Shown piece by piece: positions 1 to 11,165 of a DNA stretch of 64,000 nt. The DNA is taken from positions 18,082 to 82,081 of the forward strand of contig CAWJJC010000015.1 of NCBI GenBank assembly GCA_963843145.1. Reading direction: 5' to 3'. The translations under genes and the position numbers were made by a program. The notes beneath the pieces are model-generated. The model worked only from the letters and a program-made list of their open reading frames with translations, was not told the origin of the DNA and searched no databases. Every line of letters begins with the position of its first letter. The stretch's first letter is position 1. The DNA is from an uncultured delta proteobacterium (GTDB taxonomy: Bacteria > Desulfobacterota > RBG-13-43-22).

Positions 1-111
1 ACGCTTATTCTGCGTCATCCCGTGCTTTTGGGGGACCCGGAAGATATGGATGACATCGTGGAAGTCCTGGGGAAAATAAAGAAAAATATCCATGAAATCG
101 TTACTGCCTAA
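1..111 (+). CDS. 3' end of a probable DegT/DnrJ/EryC1/StrS-family aminotransferase (partial)
   Basis: Frame-1 translation TLILRHPVLLGDPEDMDDIVEVLGKIKKNIHEIVTA* resembles the C-terminal helix of DegT-family PLP enzymes. Confidence 0.5.
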   Translation, partial: TLILRHPVLLGDPEDMDDIVEVLGKIKKNIHEIVTA

Positions 112-120
112 GGGGTATTT

Positions 121-1392
121 ATGTACGCTGCCAAGGAATTAAAAAGCGCCCAGCCCGTCAAGCCGGAGAACGTGAAGGCCCTCCGCCAGCGGGTGGAAGA
201 AATTCTGGAACGAGTCCGGCAGGAGGGCGATGGGGCCCTGCGCTATTTTTCCCGATCCTTCGACGGCTATGATGGGCCGGTCAAGATCGGCGAGGCCGAG
301 ATTGAGGCCGCCCGGCAAGAACTCCCGGCAGACATCATCCGGGGACTTGATTTTGCCATTGAGCGGGTAACGGCCTTTGCCCAGGCCCAGCGGTCCTCCC
401 TTTCCGAATTCGAGCAGGAGATGATCCCCGGCGTCCATATGGGCCAGCGACTGGTTCCCGTGAAATCCTGCGCGGCCTATGTGCCCGCCGGCCGTTATCC
501 CTGCCTGACTTCGGCCGTGATGTCGCTGGTGCCGGCCAAGGTGGCCGGGGTTAAAAGGGTGGTGGCCTGTTCTTCTCCGGGCCGGGAAAAACGCATCAAC
601 CCGGCCATCCTCTATACCATGGCCCGGATCGGGGCCGATGAGATCTACTGTCTGGGCGGGGCCCAGGCCATTGCCGCCATGGCTTTCGGCACGGAGACGA
701 TCCGGCCGGTTGACCTGATTGTCGGGCCGGGAAACCAGTACGTGATGGAGGCCAAAAGACAGGTCTTTGGAACCGTGGGGATTGATTTTCTGGCCGGGCC
801 GAGCGAATGCCTGGTGATTGCCGACGAGAGTGCCCGGGCGGATTATATCGCGGCCGATATCCTGGCCCAGTGCGAGCATGACCCTCAGGCCCGAGGGGCC
901 GTGGTCACCACCTCGGAGAAGCTCGGCCGGGCGGTGTTGGCGGAGATAGAACGGCAACTGCAGGCCCTGACCACCGAAGAGGTCGCCCGCCGTTCCTGGG
1001 AGGACCAGGGGGTGGTCGTGGTCGTCCCAACCTTGGAAGACGCGGCCGCCTATGCCAATGACTACGGCCCGGAGCACCTGGAAGTCCACACCCGTGACCC
1101 GAAGGCCCTGGTTCCCCTGTTGACGGCCTACGGTTCCTTGTTTCTGGGGGAGGCCGCGGCTGAGGTCTTTGCCGACAAAGTGGCCGGGACCAATCATATT
1201 CTCCCCACCATGGGAGGGGCCCGTTATACCGGAGGCCTCTGGGTGGGAAATTTCCTGAAGGTCATCACCCATCAATGGGTGGATGAACAGGGGATGAAAA
1301 CCCTGGCCCCTTATTCCGTGCGGCAGGCGGAATTTGAAACCATGGATGCCCACCGGCGGGCGGCCCTGATCCGGTTGGCCGGAAAGCTATAA
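121..1392 (+). CDS. Histidinol dehydrogenase-like protein (HisD paralogue, HpsN/sulfopropanediol dehydrogenase-like clade)
   Basis: Motifs [53 protein letters not shown]; no his operon context. Confidence 0.9.
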   Translation: MYAAKELKSAQPVKPENVKALRQRVEEILERVRQEGDGALRYFSRSFDGYDGPVKIGEAEIEAARQELPADIIRGLDFAIERVTAFAQAQRSSLSEFEQEMIPGVHMGQRLVPVKSCAAYVPAGRYPCLTSAVMSLVPAKVAGVKRVVACSSPGREKRINPAILYTMARIGADEIYCLGGAQAIAAMAFGTETIRPVDLIVGPGNQYVMEAKRQVFGTVGIDFLAGPSECLVIADESARADYIAADILAQCEHDPQARGAVVTTSEKLGRAVLAEIERQLQALTTEEVARRSWEDQGVVVVVPTLEDAAAYANDYGPEHLEVHTRDPKALVPLLTAYGSLFLGEAAAEVFADKVAGTNHILPTMGGARYTGGLWVGNFLKVITHQWVDEQGMKTLAPYSVRQAEFETMDAHRRAALIRLAGKL

Positions 1393-1530
1393 TTTTCAGG
1401 GTGTTCTCCCTTTTGGAGTGGATGGTATCAAGAAATAGGGGGTTCATATGAAGATAACCTCCTTAACCTGCATTATGGTTAATAATCAATAATCAATTCC
1501 TAATTCTCAATTAATGAAAGGAGTACCCTA

Positions 1531-2508
1531 ATGGCTAAACCATTAATCGAAAAGATTCTCACCAAGAGGACCGCAAAAAAAACCGGGACCAAGAGTCCTA
1601 AAAAGAAAGACGGGCCGGAAAGAGTTTACAACCTGTATCACTGCGGTTATCTGGAGGTTCGCGAATGGCTCAAGGAAACGGACATTATCCTGGTGCCTTT
1701 GGGAAGCTGCGAACAGCATGGCCGGCACCTGCCGGTCTGCACCGACGGCGTGGCCACCGAGATCCCGGTGCAGCGGGCGGCCCGTCTGGCCCAGGTCCCG
1801 CACACCCCGCTGATCTGGTTCGGCTATTCCCCCCAGCATCTGCACAGCGCCGGAACCGGCTCGGGAACTATCACGCTGCGGGCCGATATCTACCAGAATG
1901 TCCTCTATGACGTGGCTCGTTGCTTGATCCATAACGGTTTCAACAAGATCGTTTTCGCCACCGGGCATACCTCCAACATGAAGGTGGTGGACCCGGCCCT
2001 GCGGGCCCTCCGCTATGAAACCGGGGCCTTTGTCTGCGTCTTTCGCAACGATGCCGAGGCCGCCCCGGCCATGGTGCCCGATATCATCGAAAACCCTCCG
2101 GAGGAGACGCCGGGCTGGCACGGCAGCGAGATTGAAACCTCCGAAGTGCTGGCCTTTAATAAAGACCTGGTCCACCTGGAGCGGACCGGCAAAGATTTCA
2201 CCCATGCGCCCAAATGGCTGAGCAAAAAGTTCAACAAGGTCAACGGCAGTCCCTATGTGATTTATAACGGGATCAATGTCGCCTGGGTCCCCATGGACCA
2301 TCAGGAATACAGCGACACCGGCCTGATCGGCAACCCTTTCCGGGCCACGGCCGAAAAAGGGGACCTGATTTTTCAACGCAAGGCCGAAATCTTGGCCGAG
2401 TTTCTAGAGGAGCTGAAGAAGGTAAAAGTAACCGTTAAAAATCGGTCCTACGATCGGACGGACCTTTTAATTGAAAAATGTTCAAGGGCTTGTGGATTCA
2501 GGGGTTAA
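1531..2508 (+). CDS. Creatininase/mycofactocin MftE-family amidohydrolase
   Basis: LVPLGSCEQHGRHLPVCTD, GYSPQH, GH, HGSEIETS motifs; RBS AAAGGAG upstream. Confidence 0.88.
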   Translation: MAKPLIEKILTKRTAKKTGTKSPKKKDGPERVYNLYHCGYLEVREWLKETDIILVPLGSCEQHGRHLPVCTDGVATEIPVQRAARLAQVPHTPLIWFGYSPQHLHSAGTGSGTITLRADIYQNVLYDVARCLIHNGFNKIVFATGHTSNMKVVDPALRALRYETGAFVCVFRNDAEAAPAMVPDIIENPPEETPGWHGSEIETSEVLAFNKDLVHLERTGKDFTHAPKWLSKKFNKVNGSPYVIYNGINVAWVPMDHQEYSDTGLIGNPFRATAEKGDLIFQRKAEILAEFLEELKKVKVTVKNRSYDRTDLLIEKCSRACGFRG

Positions 2509-2523
2509 GGCCGTTGGCCTTTT

Positions 2524-2595
2524 TGTCATGCCGGACTTGATCCGGCATCCAGGAGGCTCGGACTGCCTTGGACCCCGGCTTTCGCCGGGGTGACG
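2524..2595. repeat. REP-like palindromic element (GTCATGCCGGACTTGATCCGGCATCC type)
   Basis: Hairpins gtcatgccggacttgatccggcatccag and ccccggctttcgccgggg; related copy at 63243-63270. Confidence 0.65.
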
Positions 2596-2683
2596 ATTTT
2601 TTAATTGGAATATATAGGCGAGCAAAAAGGCGATTTTTGACTTTTTGCGAGATCATCTAAAAATGGTACCAACATCGTGGCGC

Positions 2684-2767
2684 GTCATTCCCGCAGCGCT
2701 TTTGAGCGGGAATCCAGGTTTTTCTCAGGAAACACTGGATCCCCGATAAAGACATTCGGGGATGACG
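2684..2767. repeat. REP-like palindromic element
   Basis: gtcattcccgc...gcgggaatcc and ggatccccga...tcggggatgac inverted arms. Confidence 0.6.
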
Positions 2768-2919
2768 AGAAATTAGATCTAAAAATAATAAAGAGGCAAT
2801 TAATAATTGATAATTAACAATTGATTATTAATTATTAAGTTGGCGTTTAGGCCGATGCCTAGCAATATTTTCATGCTTCGCGGGTGCCCGCCCCGGGTAT
2901 GGGGGACTAACAAGGAACC

Positions 2920-4201
2920 ATGGAACCCATTCGGGATAAAACCATCGCCATCATCGCCACCCTGGATACCAAGGGGCCGGAAGTGGCTTACCTCAAGTCC
3001 CGGATTGAACTCCAAGGGTTCAAGACCCTGATCCTGAACACCGCCATTCTGGAATGCCGAAATGAGGCGGTTCCGGAGTGCCAGTTTCTCCCGGAGGCGA
3101 TCGCCCGGCGAGGGCGGGGTGAACCTCCGGGAACTCCGCCTGCTGTGCGCGGAGAAGGGCACCCGCAGTAAAGGCATCCGGGCCATGGCCGAGGGTTCGG
3201 CCCGGCTGCTCGGCCGGCTTTACGAGGAAGGCCGTTTCCGTGGGGTCATTGGTTTAGGGGGGGCCCAAGGCACCGAAATCTGTACCTGCGCCATGCGGGC
3301 CCTGCCGTTCGGCGTTCCCAAGGTCATGGTCTCCACGGTGGCCTCCGGCAAAACCCCCTTCGGAATCTACGTCGGGACCCGGGATGTAACCATCATGCAC
3401 TCCGTGGTGGACATTCTGGGTATCAACTCCCTGACCCGGAGGATCCTGGCCAATGCCGCCGGAGCCATCGGCGGCATGTGCGACCTCGATCCCCTGGAAG
3501 CGGAACCCGACCGCCCTCGGATCGGTATTACTATTTACGGCCAGACCACCCCCGGCGGCCTGGCCCTCAAGGTCGCCCTGGAGGAGAAGGGGTTTGAAGT
3601 CATCACCTTTCATCCCAACGGCACGGGAGGTCGGGCCATGGAGGAAATGGCCGGGGAACATTTCCTCCATGGCCTGCTGGACCTGACTCCGCATGAACTG
3701 ACCGATGAACTTTTCGGAGGGATTCATGCCGGGGATTCCGAGAGAATCCTGGCGGCAGGCCGAGCCGGGATCCCCCGGCTCCTGGTCCCGGGGGCGATGG
3801 AGGTGATTACCATGGCGGAGCCGGAGACGATCCCGGATTCCCTCCGGGATCACCCGCGTCTGCCCCACAACCCCCATATCACTCTGGTTCGGGCCGACCG
3901 GGAACAAATGATTCAACTGGGCCGGGCCTTGGGGGAAAGGCTGAACCAGTCCAGCGGTCCGGTCATCGTGGCCATTCCGCGGGGAGGGTATTCCTTCTAC
4001 AACCGTCCGGGTCTCCTCTTTTACGATCCTCCGGCGGACCGGGCCTTTGTCGAGGTCCTCAAGAAAACATTACGGAGCAATATCCCGGTGGTGGAGTTGG
4101 AAGGCCACATCAATGATCCGGAATTCGGGCAGGCTCTGGTGCCGTTGTTTTTGAAGATGATGGAGCGCTTCGGAGTGCGCGGGGCCGGAGGCCCGGAGTG
4201 A
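2920..4201 (+). CDS. Tm-1-like ATP-binding domain protein (UPF0261), frameshift near 3110-3120
   Basis: N-terminal IATLDTKGPE in ORF 2920-3171 continues in ORF 3062-4201 (GLGGAQGT, ALPFGVPKVMVST, FHPNGTGG, HINDPEF). Confidence 0.85.
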
Positions 4202-4881
4202 AACGGACGCTGGATGCCTATGTCCGGCAGGACCCCCGTATTCTCCGGGTTTACCTGGAGGCCCGGAAACAATACGATCAGGCCGGGCGGGAACATCACA
4301 ACTTTCAACACGTCCTTCGGGATCTGTACCGGGCGCTGGCCATCGCCGAAACGGAGGAGTCGGTGGACTTTAGCGTGCTGATTCCCAGCGTCCTGCTCCA
4401 TGATATCGGATTTTTCGATCCGGAGTTCCGGACCCGGGGGCACGAGGAAACCGGGGCCGCGCTGGCCCGCGGTCTACTGACCGGGCTGGGCTATGAAGAA
4501 ACGACCATTACGGCCGTGGCCGAATGTATTCGGGCCCATAAAGGAAGGGCCTCGCCGCCCCTGTCCCTGGAGGCCAGAATCCTTTACGATGCCGACGTCC
4601 TGGAAAAAGCCGGACTCTTCGCCCTGATTCTGGGCGGAAAGCTGATCTGCGAGTTTCGGGAGCCCTTGGAGGATTATGTCCGGAGGGAATCCGCCGACCG
4701 GGCGGAAGAACTTTCCCGGGGTTTTTATACGGCCAAGGGCCGGGAACTGGATGGGGGCCGGCTGGCCCGCACCCGCAATTTATTGGCGGAACTGAAGCAG
4801 GAAGTAGAAAAGGACCGTCCCGACTACAGCATCACCGAGCGGGATCTTTGGGACATCCCCCCCGCCGGAATAAACCCTTGA
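4198..4881 (+). CDS. HD-domain metal-dependent phosphohydrolase
   Basis: H...H, LLHDIG and YDAD motifs; GTGA overlap with upstream gene. Confidence 0.85.
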   Translation: MKRTLDAYVRQDPRILRVYLEARKQYDQAGREHHNFQHVLRDLYRALAIAETEESVDFSVLIPSVLLHDIGFFDPEFRTRGHEETGAALARGLLTGLGYEETTITAVAECIRAHKGRASPPLSLEARILYDADVLEKAGLFALILGGKLICEFREPLEDYVRRESADRAEELSRGFYTAKGRELDGGRLARTRNLLAELKQEVEKDRPDYSITERDLWDIPPAGINP

Positions 4882-4895
4882 TGATCGGGGGCACA

Positions 4896-5795
4896 ATGGA
4901 AGCTTCATCCCAGGCCCATTCCTTTCAAACCATAGAGGACCTTTACCGGGCACTCCAGGGACAAAAATATATCTGTGACCGCCGCCTGGCCACCACTATT
5001 TATTTAGCCCTGGGAATGGAAAAGCCCCTGCTGCTGGAGGGGGAAGCCGGAGTGGGGAAAACGGAAGTGGCCAAGGTCCTGGCCCAGGCCCTGGGCCGCC
5101 GTCTGATCCGGCTGCAGTGTTATGAAGGGCTGGATGTCAGTACGGCCATCTACGAGTGGAATTTCACCAAGCAGATCCTCGGTATCAAGCTGGCCGAAGC
5201 CCGGCATACCCTGGAAAACCTCACAAACATCTTTGACGAAGAATACCTGATTCAACGCCCGCTCCTGGAGGCGATCCGCAGCGAAACCCAAGGCCGGCCG
5301 GTGGTCCTGCTGATTGACGAACTGGACCGCGCCGATGAGGAATTTGAAGCCTTTCTGCTGGAGGTCCTTTCGGATTACCAGATTACAGTGCCGGAGATCG
5401 GGACCCTGACCGCGCTCTCCAAGCCGGTAGTCGTGATTACCTCCAACCGGACCCGGGAGCTCCACGACGCCATCAAAAGAAGATGCCTTTACTATTGGAT
5501 CCCCTACCCCTCGCTGGAAAAGGAATATGCCATCATCACCGCCAAGGTCCCGGAGATCGGCCGGGAGCTGGCCCTGAAGGTCTGCTCCCTCATGCAGGAC
5601 ATCCGCCGGATGGATTTTTTTAAACGGCCCGGCATAGCCGAAACCCTGGACTGGGTCCATTCTTTAATTCTTCTCCATCGCGACCATCTCGATGCCGAGA
5701 CGATCGAGGAAACCCTGGGATGTCTTTTCAAAGTTCAGGAGGACCAGGAGAAGGTGGAATCGGAAAAGCTGGCGGCGGCCTGGGCGGGAGCCTAA
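4896..5795 (+). CDS. coxD: MoxR-family AAA+ ATPase (CoxD-like)
   Basis: Walker A GEAGVGKT, RLQCYEG, LLIDELDRAD, TSNRTRELHDA; start at ATG 4896 chosen over upstream TTG. Confidence 0.85.
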   Translation: MEASSQAHSFQTIEDLYRALQGQKYICDRRLATTIYLALGMEKPLLLEGEAGVGKTEVAKVLAQALGRRLIRLQCYEGLDVSTAIYEWNFTKQILGIKLAEARHTLENLTNIFDEEYLIQRPLLEAIRSETQGRPVVLLIDELDRADEEFEAFLLEVLSDYQITVPEIGTLTALSKPVVVITSNRTRELHDAIKRRCLYYWIPYPSLEKEYAIITAKVPEIGRELALKVCSLMQDIRRMDFFKRPGIAETLDWVHSLILLHRDHLDAETIEETLGCLFKVQEDQEKVESEKLAAAWAGA

Positions 5796-5919
5796 ATGGG
5801 TCGGGTTCTTCCGGCGCCAGGCCCGATGAGGCTAAGGGCGGTGCTGGAGGCACCCGCCCTCTGGAAGAAAGGAAGGGTAGCCTATTCATTCCCAGGGCGC
5901 TAACAAACCTCCAGGGGAC

Positions 5920-7026
5920 TTTACGGAAAAGGTCCTCTTCTTCGCTCGCCGCCTGAAGGAACGGGGCCTTCCGGTTACTCTGGGCCGGACCTTGGGGGCC
6001 GTGGAAGGCTTAAAGCTGGTCCGGCTGGAGGAAAAGGAAGAAGTGCATGCCCTTTTCTGTTCCCATTTCGTCTCCAGGCCGGAAGAGATCCCGATATTCG
6101 ATCAGGCCTTTGAAGCCTTCTGGGGATCGAGCGGTTCGCGGGACTATTCCCGCAGCTTGGGGGATCCCCCCCAAAAAAGCGCCCGCCCCGTTGAACTGAC
6201 GGGGGAAGCCGAAGGCCCGGCCGGGCAGCCCAAGCGTGATCGCCGACTGCCGGCCTACAGCCCCGGGGAAGATCTATCCAAGAAAGATTTTGGTGAACTG
6301 ACGGGAAAGGAATCCGAGGAGGCGGCGCGGGTTATAACGGCCCTGGCCCAAACCATCGGAGAGCGTCTGGGACGGCGCTTCCGATCGGCACCCCGGGGAA
6401 GGCGGTTGGACCTCTCCCGGACCTTGCGCCGTTCCCTGCGGCACGGGGGGGACCTGCTGGTCCTGAGGCGAAAAAAACCGCGCCCCCGCAAGACCCGCTT
6501 CGTGGTCCTCTGCGATGTCAGCGGATCCATGGACAGCTACAGCCGCTTTTTGCTGGAATTTATGTACGGGTTTCAAAAGAACGTGCCCCGGGTGGAAACC
6601 TTTGTCTTCAGCACCCGGTTGTCGCACATTACCCGGGACCTGAGGCTCCGTCTCATGGGAGCGGCCTTTCAGCGGGTCTCCGCAAAGGTAAGGGACTGGT
6701 CCGGAGGGACGCGTATCGGGGGCGCCCTGAAAGAGTACAATCGGCGCTACGGCGGGAAATTTTCGGGGAACCGGACGATTTTTGTTCTCTTGAGTGACGG
6801 CTGGGACCAGGGGGAAATCCCTCTTCTCGATCAAGAACTGGCGGCCCTAAAAAAACGCGTCCGCCGTCTAATGTGGTTGAATCCGCTGCTGGGGATGCCC
6901 GATTACCGCCCCATCGACCGGGGAATGAAGGCGGCGTTGCCCCATACCGATGATTTTCTGGACTGCCACGATCTGGAAAAACTGGAGGAATTCGGCCACA
7001 GCCTGGAGAAGGTGGCCCAGGCCTGA
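5920..7026 (+). CDS. coxE: vWA-domain protein (CoxE-like); start uncertain
   Basis: DVSGSM MIDAS, WSGGTRIG, SDGWD, WLNPL. CoxE-like FARRLKERGL lies in frame upstream of TTG 5992 without a clear ATG. Confidence 0.8.
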   Translation, partial: FTEKVLFFARRLKERGLPVTLGRTLGAVEGLKLVRLEEKEEVHALFCSHFVSRPEEIPIFDQAFEAFWGSSGSRDYSRSLGDPPQKSARPVELTGEAEGPAGQPKRDRRLPAYSPGEDLSKKDFGELTGKESEEAARVITALAQTIGERLGRRFRSAPRGRRLDLSRTLRRSLRHGGDLLVLRRKKPRPRKTRFVVLCDVSGSMDSYSRFLLEFMYGFQKNVPRVETFVFSTRLSHITRDLRLRLMGAAFQRVSAKVRDWSGGTRIGGALKEYNRRYGGKFSGNRTIFVLLSDGWDQGEIPLLDQELAALKKRVRRLMWLNPLLGMPDYRPIDRGMKAALPHTDDFLDCHDLEKLEEFGHSLEKVAQA

Positions 7027-7117
7027 GGAGAAACCGAACCAAAAATATTTCGATATTCGATCATGCTGATTCATTTACCAGTTGCGAACACAGCATCAAT
7101 GAAAGGGGGACGGAACG

Positions 7118-7972
7118 ATGAAAGCGTTTGAAATGATTGAACCCCGGACTGTGGAAGAGGCCTGCCAATGGCTGGATCGGTTCAAAGGCCGGGCCCGGCC
7201 CTATGCCGGGGGGACGGACCTCCTGGTTGAATTAAAGACCGGGAGGGTCAAGCTGGACGCCCTGGTCAACCTGAAGCGTATCCGAGGCCTGGATAAAATC
7301 CGCTTCAGCGGTAAGAATGGGCTGACGATCGGGGCCCTGGCCACCTGGACCCAGCTTCTGGAATCGGAAGCCGTGTCCTCCCACTACCCGTTGCTGCGCA
7401 AGGCTTCGGGGTCCATGGGGTCCACGCAGATCAGGAATGTGGCCACGCTGACCGGGAACATCTGCCACGCCTCCCCAGCAGCCAACGGCCCCATTCCCCT
7501 GCTGCTCTATGAGGGCGTTTGTCTGGTCCAGGGAGTTAAAGGGGAGCGGATCATCCCGGTGAGCAAGCTCTTTGCCGGGGTCCAAAAAAACATCCTGAAG
7601 CGCGATGAAATCGTGACCGAGATCCGGCTTCCCCGGCCGCCGGCCGGAGCCCAAGGGTCCTTCCATAAATTTGCCCAACGAAAAGCCATGGAACTGCCGG
7701 TGGTGGCGGTCGGGACCCTCTGCTGGACGTTAAACGACGCCTGGGCCGAGGTCCGCCTGGCCCTGGGGGCGGTGGCCCAGAAACCCTTTCGGGCCCGAAA
7801 AACCGAAAAATTTCTGACGAAAAAAAAGACGGATGAGAAAATCCTGCGCCGAGCGGCGGAGGTGGCTGCCGGTGAATGTGCGCCTATAACGGACCTGCGG
7901 GCCTCCAAGGAGTACCGGCTGGAACTGGTCAAAGAGCTGGTCTTTCGGGCGCTGAAAGAAAGCCTGTCTTGA
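7118..7972 (+). CDS. Xanthine dehydrogenase family FAD-binding (medium) subunit
   Basis: AGGTDL, QIRNVATLTGN, DLRASKEYR motifs. Confidence 0.92.
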   Translation: MKAFEMIEPRTVEEACQWLDRFKGRARPYAGGTDLLVELKTGRVKLDALVNLKRIRGLDKIRFSGKNGLTIGALATWTQLLESEAVSSHYPLLRKASGSMGSTQIRNVATLTGNICHASPAANGPIPLLLYEGVCLVQGVKGERIIPVSKLFAGVQKNILKRDEIVTEIRLPRPPAGAQGSFHKFAQRKAMELPVVAVGTLCWTLNDAWAEVRLALGAVAQKPFRARKTEKFLTKKKTDEKILRRAAEVAAGECAPITDLRASKEYRLELVKELVFRALKESLS

Positions 7973-8009
7973 ACCCCCCCCACATGCATCGCGGAGATGG
8001 AGGAAGATC

Positions 8010-8480
8010 ATGAAAAAAACCGTCACACTGGTGATCAACGGAGAGACCCATATTTTGGAGGTCGAACATCGGAGAACGCTTCTGGAGGTTATCCGGGACG
8101 ACCTTCATTTGATCGGGACCAAGAAGATGTGCGGGCAAGGCGAATGCGGCTCCTGCACGGTCCTTCTGGACGACCTGGCGGTAAATGCCTGCCTGGTGCT
8201 GGCCCTGGACGCGGACGGGAAACGGATCGAAACCATTGAGGGACTGGCCCAGGGCGACACGCTGCACCCCATTCAGGAAGCCTTTATCGAAAAGGGGGCG
8301 ATCCAATGCGGGTTTTGCACGCCGGGCATGATTTTGACCACCAAAGCCTTTCTGGTCCGGAACCCCAGCCCCAGCGAGGAGGAGATCAAAACCGCCATTG
8401 CCGGTAACTTTTGCCGTTGTACGGGGTATGCGCGCATTGTGGAGGCCATACAGACAGCGGCCGTTCGATTAAGGGGGTAA
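8010..8480 (+). CDS. Xanthine dehydrogenase family 2x[2Fe-2S] (small) subunit
   Basis: CGQGECGSC...C and QCGFC...CRC motifs. Confidence 0.95.
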   Translation: MKKTVTLVINGETHILEVEHRRTLLEVIRDDLHLIGTKKMCGQGECGSCTVLLDDLAVNACLVLALDADGKRIETIEGLAQGDTLHPIQEAFIEKGAIQCGFCTPGMILTTKAFLVRNPSPSEEEIKTAIAGNFCRCTGYARIVEAIQTAAVRLRG

Positions 8481-8486
8481 GGAGCT

Positions 8487-10778
8487 ATGGAAGAACTATT
8501 TTTTGTAGGCAAAGACGTCCCCAGGGTGGATGCCCGGGCTAAAGCCACCGGTGAGGCGGTTTACACCGTAGACCTGACCTTTCCTAATATGCTTTGGGGT
8601 CAGATGTTGCGCAGTCCCCTGCCTCATGCCAAAATTCTAAAGATAGACACCAGCCGCGCCGAGCGGCTCAACGGCGTGAAGGCGGTGATCACCGGTCGGG
8701 ATACCCCTTATGTTTTTGGCGTTTCGCACATGGACCAGACCCCTTTGCAAACCGAAAAGGTACGCTATGTGGGGGACCCGGTGGCGGCCGTGGCGGCCGT
8801 GGACCTGGATACGGCCCAGGAGGCCTTAGGCCTGATCCAGGTGGAATATGAACCCCTGCCGGCTGTTTTTGATCCGGAAGAGGCTATGCGGGAAGGGGCG
8901 CCCCTGATCCACGAAGGAATTCCAAAGAATATCGCCGCCAATCCCAGGTACAATATCGGCGACGTGGAGGCGGCCTTCCGGGAAGCCGATTACGTCTTTG
9001 AAGACCGATTCGAGACCCAGCGGGTCGCCCATGTCTGCCCGGAACCCCACAACTGTGTGGCCGTTTGGGATCACAGCGGAAAACTGACCTTCTACTATTG
9101 TTCACAGATGCCCTCGGTCACCCGGGTCCAACTCTCCAAGGCCCTCGGTATCCCGGAAAGCAAGATACGGGTCATCACCAACAACGTGGGCGGCGGGTTT
9201 GGCAGCCGGGCCACCAGCAAGTTCCCCATGGACTTTGCGGCCATCGTGCTCGCCAAAAAATCCGGACGGCCGGTCAAGATCGAATATTCCCGGGCGGAAG
9301 AATTTATCTGGTCCTCTTTCCGGCATAAATTCATTATGACCGTGAAAACCGGGATCAAGAAGGACGGGACTATCACCGGACGGCAGATCACCAATATCTG
9401 CGACAACGGGGCCTACAGCGACTACGGCCCGGTGGTCACCAACGTGGGCGGGGCCATGCAGGGGACCCTCTACCGGTTCATGAATTACCGCTACGACGGC
9501 TACACCGTGTACACCAACCTGCCTTACGGCGGGGCCATGCGCGGCATCGGGAACCCTCAGGTCCATTACGCGGGAGAGGCCCAGCTCAATGTGATCGCCC
9601 AGCGCCTGGGGCTGGATCCCCTGGAGCTGCGCTTGAAAAACGCCGTGCGCACCGGAGACGAAACGGCTTCCGGAGCGGTCCTGAATAGCTGCGGGTTGGT
9701 GGAGTGTCTGGAGGGCGTGGCCGACAAAATCGGCTGGAAGGAAAAGAAAGCCAATCCCCAGCCCAACCGGGGACTGGGGATTGCCTGCGGCGTGCACTTT
9801 ACCGGGGTTCGGCTCTCCCCCGGGATTGACGCCGACTTTGCCGGGGCCACCATGGTCGTCAACGATGACGGTTCGGTCAACCTGGCCACCTCCTGTGTGG
9901 ATATCGGCAGCGGCTCCAGCACCGCCCTGACCCAGATCGCGGCGGAGGCCCTGGGGATCGAGATGGAAAAGATCCACACCATTTTCGGCGACACGGAAAC
10001 CTGCCCCATGGGCTGGGGTTCCCGGGCCAGCCGGAATACGGCCATCGGCGGCATGGCCGTTAAAAAGGCGGCCGAGGACGCCCGGGCCCAGATCCTCAAA
10101 GCGGCCGGTGAAAAAATGGAAGTCCATCCCGATGACCTGGGGATCCGGAACAGTACCGTCTTCGTGAAATCAGTCCCCAGCCGCTCCATGAGTGTGGCCG
10201 ACGTGGTGCGCTTTAACCGCTACCGGAAAAACGGTCAGGCCGTCATGGCCAAGGCCCACTGGGACGCCCCCAGCACCCTGGCGGATAAAGTCACCGGACG
10301 GGGAAATTTCTCCATGGCCTTCTCCTTCGGGGCCAAGGCCATTGAAGTCGAGGTGGATCCGGGAACCGGGCAAATGACTATTATCGAGGTGGCCGCTTCG
10401 CAGGATCTTGGTAAGGCCATCAACCCCTTAGGGGCCATTGGCCAGATCGAAGGGGGGGTACACATGGGACTGGGCTTCGCCATGTCCGAAGAAATCCTCT
10501 TGGATCCGGTGGGGCGGATGCGTAATAATTATCTGTTGGATTATCGAGTGCTCACCGCCCTGGACATGCCCCCGGTCTCCTCCATCCTGGTGGAAACCGA
10601 CGACCCGATCGGTCCTTTCGGGGCCAAAGGGGTGGGGGAAATGGCCACCATCGGCACCCCCGAGGCCTTGATAGCCGCCGTTTATGATGCGGTCGGGGTC
10701 TGGATCCCGAATCTGCCCATCACGCCGGAAAAGATTCTGCTGGCCCTTAAAAAGAAAAAAACCGAAGAAAAGGAGTAA
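8487..10778 (+). CDS. Xanthine dehydrogenase family molybdopterin-binding (large) subunit
   Basis: VGGGFG, GAMRGIG, GQIEGG, GAKGVGE motifs; lacks the CODH AYxCSFR active-site loop. Confidence 0.93.
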   Translation: MEELFFVGKDVPRVDARAKATGEAVYTVDLTFPNMLWGQMLRSPLPHAKILKIDTSRAERLNGVKAVITGRDTPYVFGVSHMDQTPLQTEKVRYVGDPVAAVAAVDLDTAQEALGLIQVEYEPLPAVFDPEEAMREGAPLIHEGIPKNIAANPRYNIGDVEAAFREADYVFEDRFETQRVAHVCPEPHNCVAVWDHSGKLTFYYCSQMPSVTRVQLSKALGIPESKIRVITNNVGGGFGSRATSKFPMDFAAIVLAKKSGRPVKIEYSRAEEFIWSSFRHKFIMTVKTGIKKDGTITGRQITNICDNGAYSDYGPVVTNVGGAMQGTLYRFMNYRYDGYTVYTNLPYGGAMRGIGNPQVHYAGEAQLNVIAQRLGLDPLELRLKNAVRTGDETASGAVLNSCGLVECLEGVADKIGWKEKKANPQPNRGLGIACGVHFTGVRLSPGIDADFAGATMVVNDDGSVNLATSCVDIGSGSSTALTQIAAEALGIEMEKIHTIFGDTETCPMGWGSRASRNTAIGGMAVKKAAEDARAQILKAAGEKMEVHPDDLGIRNSTVFVKSVPSRSMSVADVVRFNRYRKNGQAVMAKAHWDAPSTLADKVTGRGNFSMAFSFGAKAIEVEVDPGTGQMTIIEVAASQDLGKAINPLGAIGQIEGGVHMGLGFAMSEEILLDPVGRMRNNYLLDYRVLTALDMPPVSSILVETDDPIGPFGAKGVGEMATIGTPEALIAAVYDAVGVWIPNLPITPEKILLALKKKKTEEKE

Positions 10779-10781
10779 CCC

Positions 10782-11165
10782 ATGTCTTCCCAACTTCCTC
10801 TCGATCAAGTTCCCAGTCTGCTTCTGAATATTCAGGACCTGCTGGACAAAAATCCTCCACCACCCGGGGCGGAGGTTTATCTGTTGCCCTTGTTTCACGG
10901 GCAGGATATTACGGTCACCCTGGCCCAGATCCAAGGGACCCTTAACCCGCATTATCACGCCGCCCATGATGAAACCATCTATGTGTTGGCCGGCAAAGGG
11001 CAGGCCCTGGTGGCGGGCGCCTGGGTCGATCTGGCTCCGGGTATGGTCATGCATTTCCAGGGGACCGAGGTCCACGGGGCCCGGGCCGCATCCGGAGACA
11101 AGCTGGTCTTTCTCTGTCATTTCGCTCCGGGGATGAGAGAGCTGGATCGGGTTTTTGTAGAATAA
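10782..11165 (+). CDS. Cupin-domain protein
   Basis: PHYHAAHDETIYVLAG and G-x5-GTEVH cupin motifs. Confidence 0.85.
   Translation: MSSQLPLDQVPSLLLNIQDLLDKNPPPPGAEVYLLPLFHGQDITVTLAQIQGTLNPHYHAAHDETIYVLAGKGQALVAGAWVDLAPGMVMHFQGTEVHGARAASGDKLVFLCHFAPGMRELDRVFVE

Noticed and set aside
121-1392. Histidine biosynthesis hisD
   Set aside because: No other his genes, two paralogues, and HpsN-like sequence features.
4896-10778. Aerobic CO dehydrogenase (cox) operon
   Set aside because: The large subunit has GAMRGIG rather than AYxCSFR/AYRGAGR, so it is a generic Mo hydroxylase despite the CoxD/E-like neighbours.
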